A DNA stretch of 64,000 bases from Candidatus Latescibacterota bacterium. GTDB lineage: Bacteria; Latescibacterota; UBA2968. The translations under genes were made by a program, and so were the position numbers. The stretch is from assembly GCA_965204375.1 (NCBI GenBank), contig OZ241986.1:2784001-2848000 (forward strand), in the 5' to 3' direction. This document shows, one piece after another, positions 1 to 10,056 of this stretch. The notes beneath the pieces were generated by a model. It was not told the DNA's origin. It made no database searches and worked only from the letters and a program-made list of their open reading frames with translations. The first letter of the stretch is position 1, and each line of letters begins with the position of its first letter.

Positions 1-557
1 TGTCCCGCTTGCACAACATGCTCAGCTGTATGATCAAAATCCGTAAACATCGACAAATGCAGGACCGCGTCTCTTGAAAAGGCGCGAAAACCACTGGCGA
101 CATCGGGCACCTCAATATGGGCGAGGCGACTGATGACGCGACTGCCCAAACCCTGTAGCCATCGCTTAAAAAAAGAAAAGTGGCCGATATCACCTGTCTG
201 TCGATCTCCAATAACGATATGGGCGCGCTTTTTGAGAATGGGCTGAACGAGCGCGACAATATCGGGACCGTAGTACTGGTTATCGCCATCGGTATTGACA
301 ATAATATCGGCACCGAGTTTGAGGCCAGTGTCAAAACCCGCTTTGAATGCGTGACCCAAACCGCGATTTTTAGGAAATCTGATAATATGATCCACGCCGA
401 GGCCGCGCGCGACCTCAGACGTGCGATCCGTAGAACCATCGTCAATGACCAGAATCTCGACTTTGTCAATACCGGGAACTTTGCGCGGAATATCGTTAAC
501 CGTAGCGGGCAGGGTTTCTTCTTCGTTGAAGCAGGGGATTTGGACAATCAGTTTCAT
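1..557 (-). CDS. Glycosyltransferase family 2 (3' end runs off the window)
   Basis: Manual translation from the ATG at 557 gives MKLIVQIPCFNEEETLP...ILVIDDGSTDR...IIVNTDGDNQY, with GT2 N-terminal and DxD motifs. It is absent from the ORF track because it has no stop in the window. Confidence 0.88.
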   Translation of the reverse strand, partial: MKLIVQIPCFNEEETLPATVNDIPRKVPGIDKVEILVIDDGSTDRTSEVARGLGVDHIIRFPKNRGLGHAFKAGFDTGLKLGADIIVNTDGDNQYYGPDIVALVQPILKKRAHIVIGDRQTGDIGHFSFFKRWLQGLGSRVISRLAHIEVPDVASGFRAFSRDAVLHLSMFTDFDHTAEHVVQAG

Positions 558-559
558 TT

Positions 560-2230
560 TTAGTCGCCAAAAATAGCAGCCGATGCGGCTTCGGCCTTTT
601 CCATTTTTTCTTCATCGGATAAATCGCCCATCGCTTTGTAAAAAATTTCATCGTAATCGCGCGTTTTAATTACCACGGGCATAGGGACAGCATGTCCAAA
701 TACAAGGGCTTGCTGTTTGGAATCGAGACTCGCCAGAACACTTCGCAAACCACTGGCATTAGATACCCCTGTGAGCACCCCCTGGATGTCTTTTTCGTCA
801 TTGAGCAAAGCCGTTATTTTTGTGCCGAGTTGTGAAAGCACTTCTTCGTCAATACCCGAGGGACGTTGGTCAACCACGAGAAGCGAAACATAATATTTAC
901 GCATTTCCCTGGCAATCGTACCAAAAATGGTTTGTCTTGCAGTCGCGGGATTGAGAAACTTGTGGGCCTCCTCAATGGTGATAACCAGGTGCCGCGGCTG
1001 ATCTTCGGGTTTTTGCGAGGCGTAAAACTTTTCGCTTTTTGTGACGTATTGTTCGTGAATGCGGCGAGAGAGAATATTCGCCACGAGCAAATACGCGAGC
1101 ATACCGGTCTGCCGACCAAACTCGAGCACAATGTGAATGCCACGGTCGATGTAGTCCATCATCGTATCGACGGCATCGGCTCCGTTGAGGCTATTGACCA
1201 TAAAGGGAAAGTTTTCAAGGCGTTTGAGTTTGCGATGCAACGCGGAAAGCGAACTTTTATTAGCGCCGATATCCTCGGCAAATTGCTCGACATCGGGCCC
1301 ATCAATAGAAAGCAATTGGCGCAGCCAGCGATCTTTGTACATCGCGTAAACGAGATAGGCAGATTCAGAAGCCGTGGGATTGAGTTGCAGTTCGTCTTGC
1401 AACGCGATAACATCTTCGACCGCGACCTGATCGTAGGTAATGTACACCTCATGGTCGGGTTGAATACCGCGCTGCCGAGACGATTCGGGATCGAGAGAAA
1501 AAAGGGCGACCTGATTCCCAAAAAGCTGCTTAAGGCCCTTGACAAAGCTATTGCCCTGCCCGCCTTCTTTCATAGCGCGAAAACCGTATTCGTTGTGCAT
1601 ATCAAAAATGAGATTGACGGCTTTCTTGTTTTTGACCAGACCGCACAATACCAGACGCGTGAGGAAGGACTTACCCGTACCCGTTTTGCCAAAAATGCCA
1701 TTGCTGCGCTCGACAAAGCGATTGAGATTGATGCACACCGGCGTATCCATATCCAATGGCGTACCCATGTTGAAAAACCGGTCATCTTTCTCCTCGCTAC
1801 CAAAAACGCGCGATACATCTTCTTCTTCAGCTTCAACAACCTTGGAAAAATGACTGGGAATAGTTTTCACCGGACGCGGTTCATCGACGATCTCTTCGCC
1901 CTGTTCCAGCATGAGCATGGGGCGCAGTGCAACGGTGACATAGGTGCTGGAACCATTGAGAACGCTGTGCAACAACTGATCGCCCTCGCGTGGCGGATAA
2001 AGCAAAATTTCGGGATTGGTCGCATCCAAACTCAAGTCGGTGATCATGGAGAAGAACTGATTTTTGTAGCCCTCAATAACCACAAATTTGCCAGCTTTGA
2101 CATCCTCCACGCTTCGGTCGGGGTTGAGCTTCATCTCAACGCCCTCGGTTAAAGACCCCTGCGTGACAATGCCGATTTCACCATCCTGAATATTGGGCGA
2201 ACCGTTTAGATTATTCCAGAGATCATTCAT
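560..2230 (-). CDS. herA: HerA/FtsK-family ATPase (HerA helicase-like)
   Basis: N-terminal HAS-barrel-like region, Walker A GKTGTGKS, Walker B ITIEEAH, DQRP motif; lies in an operon with NurA. Confidence 0.85.
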   Translation of the reverse strand: MNDLWNNLNGSPNIQDGEIGIVTQGSLTEGVEMKLNPDRSVEDVKAGKFVVIEGYKNQFFSMITDLSLDATNPEILLYPPREGDQLLHSVLNGSSTYVTVALRPMLMLEQGEEIVDEPRPVKTIPSHFSKVVEAEEEDVSRVFGSEEKDDRFFNMGTPLDMDTPVCINLNRFVERSNGIFGKTGTGKSFLTRLVLCGLVKNKKAVNLIFDMHNEYGFRAMKEGGQGNSFVKGLKQLFGNQVALFSLDPESSRQRGIQPDHEVYITYDQVAVEDVIALQDELQLNPTASESAYLVYAMYKDRWLRQLLSIDGPDVEQFAEDIGANKSSLSALHRKLKRLENFPFMVNSLNGADAVDTMMDYIDRGIHIVLEFGRQTGMLAYLLVANILSRRIHEQYVTKSEKFYASQKPEDQPRHLVITIEEAHKFLNPATARQTIFGTIAREMRKYYVSLLVVDQRPSGIDEEVLSQLGTKITALLNDEKDIQGVLTGVSNASGLRSVLASLDSKQQALVFGHAVPMPVVIKTRDYDEIFYKAMGDLSDEEKMEKAEAASAAIFGD

Positions 2231-2259
2231 AAAAGATAGCTTTCAGCCTTTCTTCACAT

Positions 2260-2856
2260 TTATTGCGAAATCCGCCGCATAATAGAACTCAGACGGTCGT
2301 AGTCGTCTCGGATAAGGCGACACAGGTCTTTGCCAATACCCACCAGATAGGGCATCTCTAAAGCGCGGGCTTCCCACGCATTTCGCACCGAAGCGATGAT
2401 AAGATCGTCGGCAGGCAGGCGGTTACCACATAAAATGCTGCGGAGAAAATCTCCGCTATTGGTCAGGGCTTTGATTTCAGATTCGGTACAGGGAAAAACA
2501 AAGCTGTGAATCCCGGGCGGTTGCGGGGGCAAGACCTGCTGCGGACCACGGTCGTCACCATAGCCAATAATAACAGCTTCAAATTCAGTCTTGAGAAGTT
2601 CAAAAATTTGTGGCTGCTCTTCGCGCAATTCTTGCTCGGTAAGCCCATAAGCCGTGGCGCGTCGGTTGGGTTCAATAGAATGCGTACACACATTGAAAAC
2701 CAAGCCATATACAGGCAATGCACCAAGCGTCTTGACAAAGGACCCGAATGGCGGTGCGCCATTTAGCTCCCGGCTTTCAGAAGTAAATTGCGAAGTAGAG
2801 CTCTCGACAATTTCACCAATATATTCAGTGCTGATATCGATAGAAGAAAGAGCCAT
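2260..2856 (-). CDS. Stand-alone HAS-barrel domain protein
   Basis: IGEIVESSTSQF...PPFGSFVK...YGLV...PPQPP.IH pattern; located between nurA and herA. Confidence 0.7.
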   Translation of the reverse strand: MALSSIDISTEYIGEIVESSTSQFTSESRELNGAPPFGSFVKTLGALPVYGLVFNVCTHSIEPNRRATAYGLTEQELREEQPQIFELLKTEFEAVIIGYGDDRGPQQVLPPQPPGIHSFVFPCTESEIKALTNSGDFLRSILCGNRLPADDLIIASVRNAWEARALEMPYLVGIGKDLCRLIRDDYDRLSSIMRRISQ

Positions 2857-2867
2857 AAAAAACCTCT

Positions 2868-4088
2868 CTATACTGCTGCAGCCATTTTTTTAAGCTGTTT
2901 GAGCGACTGTTCGGTTTTGATATTATTTTTGACAAAAGCGTCTTTTAAGAACTTAAAAAATATATCGCGGTCGGCTCCGCGCACAATGGCGCGTTCGTGG
3001 GATTCGGATAAGACGACGGGATATCCGCGTCCCTTATCGACCTGATCGACAACCGTGGCGTGTACGAGATCGAGCAACTCGCGATCTTTGGCGACCCATT
3101 CGGGAATTTCGACGCGCCCAATTTCCCACCCCGTGTGTACGTAAAAAAAGCAGATGCGGTGGGGACCGTAGTCCTCGAGAATTTTAGACGCGCTGCGATA
3201 AACGCCACTGCGCTCGCCGCGCTTGAGTTTGCGGGCATACAGCATATCGTCGGTAACGCCGGCAATAGGCTCACAGGGAATGGGTGCAGGCGGTTCGGAA
3301 TCGCCATCAAGATCGAGAAAATGCTGCGCCTCGGCTGCTTTCCACGGACACTTGTCGCAGTTGGGAGGCTGTTCGGGACAGAGGCCCACGCGCAAGGCAT
3401 TGAGCACATCGGCGCTACCGGGATCTGAAATATACCCGGCAATGGGAACGCGAAGTTCGCGCAGACGCTCCAAACCGGTAAGTGTGGTCTGGAGAGTTTC
3501 GCGGCGGAAATCATAGGGTTTGCCTTCGAGCATCCACAAAATCAGGGTTCCATCGGTCAGCCCAACACAGGTTCGGCCCTCTGCATGCGCCAGAGCAGAG
3601 AGGGTGACGACCTTTTCGAGTTCCATAGCATTTCGGCGCACGCCAACGACCTCGCGGGTGATTGGACTGCGCTTGCCCGCCCATTCCTGATAGAGGTCGT
3701 CTTCATCGTAAAAAAGCGTTGGTTCGCTGTTTAACACAGGGCGTTCTCCCGTGCCGTAATGAATGACGACATAGCCAATATTGATCAAAAAACAATTGGC
3801 GACTTCGTGCCGGTCGGGGAATATCTGAGATCCATCGGCGGCAATAACGGTGAGTTCTTTGGGGCGGTCGGGTCTTGGACACGCCTCGGCAATCGGCCCG
3901 CCGAGTTGGGCAACCAGCCAGGAGGTGCGGCTGCGCGCAATTTTAATACCCAGGGTTTTCCAGGCATCTTCCCAGCGGTCCATCTCGGAACACGCCAGAT
4001 CAATGCGAGCAAAAAAGTCGTCTTGCAAAGTACTGGCATCAACCGCCATCTGATCAACCTGGCGTTTGAGCAAACCGTAATCGAGCAT
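2868..4088 (-). CDS. nurA: NurA-domain nuclease
   Basis: AADGSQ, LTDGTL, RVEIPEW and GYPVVLSESHERA motifs typical of NurA; Cys-rich insert CPEQPPNCDKC. Confidence 0.88.
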   Translation of the reverse strand: MLDYGLLKRQVDQMAVDASTLQDDFFARIDLACSEMDRWEDAWKTLGIKIARSRTSWLVAQLGGPIAEACPRPDRPKELTVIAADGSQIFPDRHEVANCFLINIGYVVIHYGTGERPVLNSEPTLFYDEDDLYQEWAGKRSPITREVVGVRRNAMELEKVVTLSALAHAEGRTCVGLTDGTLILWMLEGKPYDFRRETLQTTLTGLERLRELRVPIAGYISDPGSADVLNALRVGLCPEQPPNCDKCPWKAAEAQHFLDLDGDSEPPAPIPCEPIAGVTDDMLYARKLKRGERSGVYRSASKILEDYGPHRICFFYVHTGWEIGRVEIPEWVAKDRELLDLVHATVVDQVDKGRGYPVVLSESHERAIVRGADRDIFFKFLKDAFVKNNIKTEQSLKQLKKMAAAV

Positions 4089-4103
4089 AAGAAGCTCCAG
4101 GAA

Positions 4104-4224
4104 ACGAATCTACGAATCTACGGAACGGGGTACAACTGCGCCAGCAGTTCATCTACGAATCGAAGCTCGTAACGACTTTGGGTGGTTGGGCGGGGTTCGT
4201 CTATTCGTCTATTCGTCTATTCGT
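4104..4224. repeat. Short 8-bp tandem repeats (ACGAATCT units; ATTCGTCT x3), loosely inverted to each other
   Basis: Read directly: acgaatctacgaatctacg at about 4104 and ttcgtctattcgtctattcgtctattcgt at 4196-4224. Confidence 0.7.
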
Positions 4225-4788
4225 TTACACGATTGATTCATAAAAGAATTGCCGACCACCTCCGGGCACACTACCATCGCGCACGCGGCATACGAGACCC
4301 ATTTTTTGAAGGGCATTGAGCCGATTGCAGGCTATATTGATATTTTTTTTCAACGCGTGGGCAAACTCGGAAGACGTACCTTTTTTTCGAGACAGGACAA
4401 TATCAAGGGCTTCTCGAATGGGCGTTTTGAGCACACCGAGCACGTGAATATCGCCTTCGTCATCTTTGAAAAGCGCGGCCAGATCGCGCAATTTGAGCAC
4501 GGCCTCGAAGGTCTCGCGCACGGAATCATTGGCGTTTTGGATAAAGGTAAAGCGATTGCCAAGCTCCCCGCTGCCAATACGCATAAGGAGTTTGCAGAGC
4601 AACTCGTCGGCGCATGAGATATCAATAAACGAGACATTGGCAAAGTCGAGGGGCGTAACCGCATCGTCATCGGCCATTTGCATAAATACCATAAGCTGAT
4701 TGAGCAGGACTTCGCCTCGATCGCGCCCACTCAGAATACCCGTAGGCGTCTCAAAAACGAAAGGGAGGGTTTGTTCAGGCATCTTCAT
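4225..4788 (-). CDS. STAS-like (DUF4325-type) domain fused to a C-terminal winged helix
   Basis: SGRDRG...LDFANVSFIDISCADELLCKL is a STAS-like motif; TSSEFAHALKKNINIACNRLNALQKMGLV is wHTH-like. Confidence 0.6.
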   Translation of the reverse strand: MKMPEQTLPFVFETPTGILSGRDRGEVLLNQLMVFMQMADDDAVTPLDFANVSFIDISCADELLCKLLMRIGSGELGNRFTFIQNANDSVRETFEAVLKLRDLAALFKDDEGDIHVLGVLKTPIREALDIVLSRKKGTSSEFAHALKKNINIACNRLNALQKMGLVCRVRDGSVPGGGRQFFYESIV

Positions 4789-5027
4789 CGTCCCTTAAAA
4801 TTCGGTTGAAATTCGATTTGTGGGGATTGGGGGAACGATGGGGAAGAAGGCTTAATTGAATTCAGTTAAGTTGTTGGGAAATTAGGTGTTCTGAAATGAT
4901 ATGTCAAGTATTTTCTTTTATCTGGTGCAGCACTTGCAAATACAGTGCGTGTGAGATATATTGAAAAAGGGGTTGGGGACTGGGGGCTTGGGACTGGGGG
5001 CTGACAACTGACAACTGGATACTGAAC

Positions 5028-5651
5028 ATGAACCCTCCAGCATCCAAAGATCAAATGCCCGTTTGGCGCGGCGATGGTGCGATCTTGCAAGTCAATGAAA
5101 TTTTCTATTCCATAGAAGGCGAGGGCCTGCGCGTGGGACAACCCACAACATTTGTCAGACTTGCGCGTTGTAATTTGCGCTGCTTTTTTTGCGATACGGA
5201 ATTTGATTCTTTTGAGGAAATGACCATTACTCAAATTGTCGATGAGGTCAGGCGTCATCCGGCAAAGTGGGTGTGTTTGACCGGAGGAGAACCACTGGGA
5301 CAAAATATCACGCCGCTGTGCAGGAAACTCGTCAGCGCGGGTTTTCGGTTGCACATCGAGACAAATGGAACGATTGATCCAGACCCAGTTTTGTGCGATC
5401 TAATTGAGCACTGGACCGTATCGCCCAAACGGCAAAAAATTGCCGACGGTCTGACGCATATCACCGAGCTCAAATACGTGGTGGGCAAAGCATTTTGCGA
5501 AACTATAGTCGATGAAAACCGAGCAAAATATATTTATTTACAACCCGAATCGAGCAAACCCCAATACATTCACAAAGCATTGGAAATTTTGTCGCGACAT
5601 CCCAACTGGCGCTTATCGTGTCGCATTCACAAAATGTTGCAATTACCATAG
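5028..5651 (+). CDS. queE: 7-carboxy-7-deazaguanine synthase (radical SAM)
   Basis: EIFYSIEGEG, FVRLARCNLRCFFCDT (CxxxCxxC), LTGGEP, IETNG, YLQP and WRLS motifs. Confidence 0.9.
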   Translation: MNPPASKDQMPVWRGDGAILQVNEIFYSIEGEGLRVGQPTTFVRLARCNLRCFFCDTEFDSFEEMTITQIVDEVRRHPAKWVCLTGGEPLGQNITPLCRKLVSAGFRLHIETNGTIDPDPVLCDLIEHWTVSPKRQKIADGLTHITELKYVVGKAFCETIVDENRAKYIYLQPESSKPQYIHKALEILSRHPNWRLSCRIHKMLQLP

Positions 5652-5662
5652 GAGACAGATAC

Positions 5663-6664
5663 ATGATTAAACTGGGTATGATCGGATGTGGCGGCATGGG
5701 GGGTGCCCACATGCGGCGGTTTCACACACTGAGCGATCGCGTCACATTAGCCGCTGCTGTCGATGTTGTTCCAGAACGTGCAGAAGCAGTCGCGCAGCAA
5801 TTTCCGGGAGCCTGTGTGGCAACAGATTATCGCGAGATTTTAGACTCGGTAGATGCCGTATTGCTCGCACTACCCCACCATTTGCACTTTTCCGTGGGAC
5901 ATGCGTGCCTCAATGCTGGCGTTCATGTCTTGCTCGAAAAACCCATGGCAAATTACGAAGTCGCCTGCAAAGAACTGATTGAGGCATCTGAAACCTCGGG
6001 CAAAGTGCTGATGATTGCGTATTGCATGCGCTTTCATCCAATTGTACAGCGTTTGAAAACGCTGCTGGATGAAGGCGCGTACGGCGATGTATTTCAAGTA
6101 TCGATCTGGACCGAACAACTCACCCGGTATCCCCCCGATCACTGGGCTTCGAGCAAAGAGCGATTGGGCGGCGGGCAGTTGTTTAGCCACGGCTGTCATT
6201 ATATCGATTTATTGCTCTGGTTTTTGGGACGACCCGTGCAGGGCATGCACATGGGCACAAATTTTGGTACGCCGTGGATGGAGCGAGAAGGCACGAGCAA
6301 TGTGACGATGGAATTTGAAAATGGTCGGCTGGGCTATCACTTTGGCACCTGGGGCGCGCGAGGCACCCGGTTGCGGTACTCAATCCACGCGCATTGCACA
6401 GAAGGTTTGCTCGATGCCAATCTTTCAGGTGGCAAGCTCGTACACATCGTACGCGGTCAAGAAAAAATTTTATTTGAAGCAGAGCCGGGCAAACACACGG
6501 AAAACGAGATGGCCCATTTTCTCGATTGTATTGAAACCGGGCAAACACCGCTGACAGATGGCAAAAGCAGCTTGCAGGGATTGCGCGTAATCTGGCGACT
6601 ATATGAAGCCGAACAAGCAGGGCATATTGCAGATTTGACGGGATTGGGTTTGGACGATGCCTAA
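5663..6664 (+). CDS. Gfo/Idh/MocA family oxidoreductase
   Basis: IGCGGMG Rossmann motif, HVLLEKPMA; GGAG Shine-Dalgarno (SD) before the ATG at 5663. Confidence 0.9.
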   Translation: MIKLGMIGCGGMGGAHMRRFHTLSDRVTLAAAVDVVPERAEAVAQQFPGACVATDYREILDSVDAVLLALPHHLHFSVGHACLNAGVHVLLEKPMANYEVACKELIEASETSGKVLMIAYCMRFHPIVQRLKTLLDEGAYGDVFQVSIWTEQLTRYPPDHWASSKERLGGGQLFSHGCHYIDLLLWFLGRPVQGMHMGTNFGTPWMEREGTSNVTMEFENGRLGYHFGTWGARGTRLRYSIHAHCTEGLLDANLSGGKLVHIVRGQEKILFEAEPGKHTENEMAHFLDCIETGQTPLTDGKSSLQGLRVIWRLYEAEQAGHIADLTGLGLDDA

Positions 6665-6727
6665 TAAGTTTCGAAAATTCAACGAATTGAGGTTGTGATT
6701 CTATCTCTGCAATTGGGGAATTTCCGC

Positions 6728-6756
6728 TTGACACTCCGATACTCTTATTATAGATT
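6728..6756 (+). promoter_or_regulatory. Sigma-70-like promoter upstream of thrS
   Basis: TTGACA-17 nt-TAGATT. Confidence 0.5.
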
Positions 6757-6885
6757 TATTAGACTTTGACAGGTTTCTATCTTTTAATCTCATTGCTGAG
6801 GGATGTTTGCGGGCGAAACTGCTCACCGAACGGTTCCACGATTTCACATTTCGCGTGCCGGCAATTTCCGAGCGCGATTTTTTTT

Positions 6886-8820
6886 ATGGCAGAAAACCAC
6901 TCCATAACCATTACGCTTCCCGACGGTTCGACCAAAAAAATTGAGCGCGGTACAACCGTGTTACAAGTAGCCGAATCCATTGGCTCCGGTCTTGCCCGCG
7001 CAGCTCTGGCCGGGCGGGTTGATGGTCGGGTTGTAGATTTGAGTTACCCGGTTGCTTCAGATGCTGCGGTTGAGATCTTAACTTTTTCGGATGACGGAGG
7101 CAAGGAGGTTTACTGGCATAGCACAGCGCATGTGATGGCACAAGCTGTACAGGATTTGTTTCCCACTGCCAAAGTAACCATTGGTCCGCCTATTGAAAAC
7201 GGATTCTATTACGATTTTGATGTCGATCGGCCCTTTACACCCGATGAACTGAAAAAAATTGAAGCGCGAATGCTGGAAATTGCCAGAGAAGACCAGCCCT
7301 TTTCTCGCGAGGAAATCTCGCGCGATGAGGCTTCCGCGCGCTTTCGTGATTTGGGTGAGTCCTACAAACTCGAGCTTTTAGATGCCATTGCGCCCGATGA
7401 GACCGTGAGCATCTACAAAAATACCAGGTGGTTTGATCTGTGTCGGGGGCCACACTTACCGTCAACAGGGCGCATTAAGGCCATCAAGTTGTTAAACGCA
7501 TCCGGGGCTTATTGGCGGGGCGATGAAAACAACAAAATGCTGCAACGCATCTACGGCATCTCGTTTCCCGGCAAAAAAGAATTGCAGGCATATCTCGATA
7601 AACTCGAAGAGGCCAAACGTCGAGATCACCGCACTTTGGGCGTGCAATTAGACCTGTATTCGATAAATGACAATGTAGGTCCAGGCCTGGTGCTCTGGCA
7701 CCCTAAGGGAATGCGAATTCTACACGAGATTGAATCATTCTGGTACAGCGCCCATTTCGACGGTGGATATGAACTCGTTGGCTCCCCTCATATTGGACGA
7801 TCTACCCTGTGGAACACAAGCGGACATCTGGATTTTTTCCGCGAAAATATGTACTCGCCGATGGATGTCGATGGACAGGAATATTTTGCCAAACCCATGA
7901 ACTGTCCATTTCACAGCATGATTTACAAAAGCCGTCGTCGGAGTTATCGCGAGTTGCCTCTTCGCTGGGCAGAAATGGGAACGGTTTACCGGTATGAACC
8001 GGCGGGAGTACTGCACGGGCTTTTGCGAGCGCGTGGATTTACACAGGATGACGCGCATATCTTTTGCCGCCCAGATCAGGTCGAAAGTGAAATTAAACAG
8101 ACCATAGATTTTACGCTGTTTATTCTGCGGTCATTTGGTCTTGAAGATTTTAAGATCGATATTTCCACGCGACCCGAAAAAGCCGTAGGTGACCCTCGCG
8201 ATTGGGATATGGCGACAAATGCCTTGAAAGCCGCTATAGATGCACAGGGTTTAAAATATGGCATTGACGAAGGTGGCGGCGCATTTTACGGACCCAAAAT
8301 TGACGTGCAAATTAGAGATGCACTGGGGCGTGAATGGCAGTGTTCAACAATTCAGTTTGACTTCAACCTGCCCGAGCGATTCGATCTGACTTTTGCCGGG
8401 CAAGATGGCAAGATGCACCGCCCCTATATGGTACATCGCGCGCTTTTGGGGTCAATGGAACGGTTCTTTGGCACACTCATTGAGCATTATGCTGGCAATT
8501 TCCCCGTGTGGTTGGCGCCTGTACAGGCTGTTATTCTACCTGTATCGGACCGTTTTACCGACTATGCACAGCAAGTTGCCAAACTGCTTCAAGATGCTCA
8601 GGTGCGCGTTGAAGTGGATGATCAGGATGCCAAACTGGGCTACAAAATTCGAGAGGCAGAAGTTCAAAAAGTGCCCTATATGCTTATCGTTGGCGCGCGG
8701 GAAGTTGAGAATGGCACAGTGTCGGTTCGCCGTCATGGACAGGGGGATTTGGGTGCGCTGAGCCTGGAAAATTTAATCGCGCGTATTCAGACAGAGGTCG
8801 AATCCAAACAATTGTCATAA
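6886..8820 (+). CDS. thrS: Threonine--tRNA ligase
   Basis: TGS domain, HSTAH, DLCRGPH, KPMNCP, FTQDDAHIFC and GAFYGPKID motifs; precedes infC. Confidence 0.98.
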   Translation: MAENHSITITLPDGSTKKIERGTTVLQVAESIGSGLARAALAGRVDGRVVDLSYPVASDAAVEILTFSDDGGKEVYWHSTAHVMAQAVQDLFPTAKVTIGPPIENGFYYDFDVDRPFTPDELKKIEARMLEIAREDQPFSREEISRDEASARFRDLGESYKLELLDAIAPDETVSIYKNTRWFDLCRGPHLPSTGRIKAIKLLNASGAYWRGDENNKMLQRIYGISFPGKKELQAYLDKLEEAKRRDHRTLGVQLDLYSINDNVGPGLVLWHPKGMRILHEIESFWYSAHFDGGYELVGSPHIGRSTLWNTSGHLDFFRENMYSPMDVDGQEYFAKPMNCPFHSMIYKSRRRSYRELPLRWAEMGTVYRYEPAGVLHGLLRARGFTQDDAHIFCRPDQVESEIKQTIDFTLFILRSFGLEDFKIDISTRPEKAVGDPRDWDMATNALKAAIDAQGLKYGIDEGGGAFYGPKIDVQIRDALGREWQCSTIQFDFNLPERFDLTFAGQDGKMHRPYMVHRALLGSMERFFGTLIEHYAGNFPVWLAPVQAVILPVSDRFTDYAQQVAKLLQDAQVRVEVDDQDAKLGYKIREAEVQKVPYMLIVGAREVENGTVSVRRHGQGDLGALSLENLIARIQTEVESKQLS

Positions 8821-8860
8821 CGCACCGTGCGTTTATGAGTTTTCTATATCCAATCTGGAG

Positions 8861-9409
8861 GTGATCGCAATCAATAGAGGTTCAAGAAGTCGAGATACCA
8901 GACGAGAAATCGGGCCGCGCGTGAATCGGCAGATTCGCATTCCACAGGTTCGCTTAATCGGTGAATCAGGTGCTCAAGTGGGCATTGTAGAAACGAGCAA
9001 AGCCCTGACAATGGCTCAGGGAGCCGGGCTTGATCTGGTCGAAGTTGCGCCAAATGCACGCCCACCTGTTTGCCGGATTATGGACTACGGTAAATACAGG
9101 TATGAGCGGGGGAAAAAAGCCAGAAAAAATCGTCAAAGTGCCTCGCAATTAAAAGAAATTCGGATGCGTGTTCGAATCAGCGATCACGATTATCAATTTA
9201 AGATCAGGCATACTGAAAAATTTTTGACCCAACGCCATAAAGTGCGGATTGTTATTGAGTTTTTTGGACGGGAAAATGCACATCGCGATATGGGCCGCGA
9301 CTTATTGCAGCGCATTGAAGACGATTTGCAACATGTTGGGCAGATCGAAACGCATCCCCGCGACGAAGGGCGAAAGCTCGTGATGATTGTCGCGCCAAAA
9401 TCTCAGTAG
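8861..9409 (+). CDS. infC: Translation initiation factor IF-3 (start codon uncertain)
   Basis: VRLIGE, LDLVEVAPNARPPVCRIMDYGKY; conserved position after thrS. Confidence 0.97.
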   Translation: MIAINRGSRSRDTRREIGPRVNRQIRIPQVRLIGESGAQVGIVETSKALTMAQGAGLDLVEVAPNARPPVCRIMDYGKYRYERGKKARKNRQSASQLKEIRMRVRISDHDYQFKIRHTEKFLTQRHKVRIVIEFFGRENAHRDMGRDLLQRIEDDLQHVGQIETHPRDEGRKLVMIVAPKSQ

Positions 9410-9456
9410 TAGTCCGCTTCAACTGATCTGTGACGTTGTTAGCAAAGGAGTTTGTC

Positions 9457-9651
9457 GTGCCCAAAATGAAAACCCATAGCGGCGCCAAAAAGCGTTTCAA
9501 AAAGCGCAGTTCTGGCAAAATCAGCCGTCGCCAGGCCACTGCAGCGCACAACCTGACCAAAAAGACGAGCAAGCGCAAAAGAGGCCTCCGTCAAACTGCG
9601 CATGTTCACGGCACTGACCAAAGCCGCGTCAATCGCCTGCTGGCGTCTTGA
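9457..9651 (+). CDS. rpmI: 50S ribosomal protein L35
   Basis: [14 protein letters not shown]; AAGGAG SD before the GTG at 9457. Confidence 0.97.
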   Translation: MPKMKTHSGAKKRFKKRSSGKISRRQATAAHNLTKKTSKRKRGLRQTAHVHGTDQSRVNRLLAS

Positions 9652-9686
9652 CATGGGTTGGTGATCACTCTTCATTGGAGATTAAA

Positions 9687-10040
9687 ATGCCGAGAGTAAC
9701 CAATAGTCCTGCATCGAGACGCAGGAGAAAAAAAATATTAAAACAAGCCAGAGGCTATCGAGGAGGGCGCAGCAAACTGCTTCGCACAGCCAGCAATGCT
9801 GTGGATCGCGCCTTGCAATACGCCTATCGCGACCGCAGGCAAAAGAAAAGAAACTTCAGAGCATTGTGGATTACCCGAATCAATGCGGCTGCCAGACAAC
9901 ACGGATTGACTTATAGCCGATTTATGGCGGGTTTAAAGCGAGATGGCATTGATATCAACCGCAAAGTATTGGCTAATCTGGCCGTAACCGATGCCACCGC
10001 ATTTGCCGCCCTGGCCGAAAGGGTTAAGCAAAACGGCTGA
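9687..10040 (+). CDS. rplT: 50S ribosomal protein L20
   Basis: MPRV...[23 protein letters not shown]...INRKVLA. Confidence 0.98.
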   Translation: MPRVTNSPASRRRRKKILKQARGYRGGRSKLLRTASNAVDRALQYAYRDRRQKKRNFRALWITRINAAARQHGLTYSRFMAGLKRDGIDINRKVLANLAVTDATAFAALAERVKQNG

Positions 10041-10056
10041 GTATCTCATTCATCCC

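Noticed and set aside
180-563. 127-aa plus-strand ORF
   Set aside because: It is antisense to the GT2 gene, which has clear motifs.
866-2152. 428-aa plus-strand ORF
   Set aside because: It is the antisense shadow of herA and has no recognisable motifs.
6760-6885. T-box riboswitch upstream of thrS
   Set aside because: The leader is short and lacks the T-box consensus (AGGGTGGNACCGCG) and a clear terminator.
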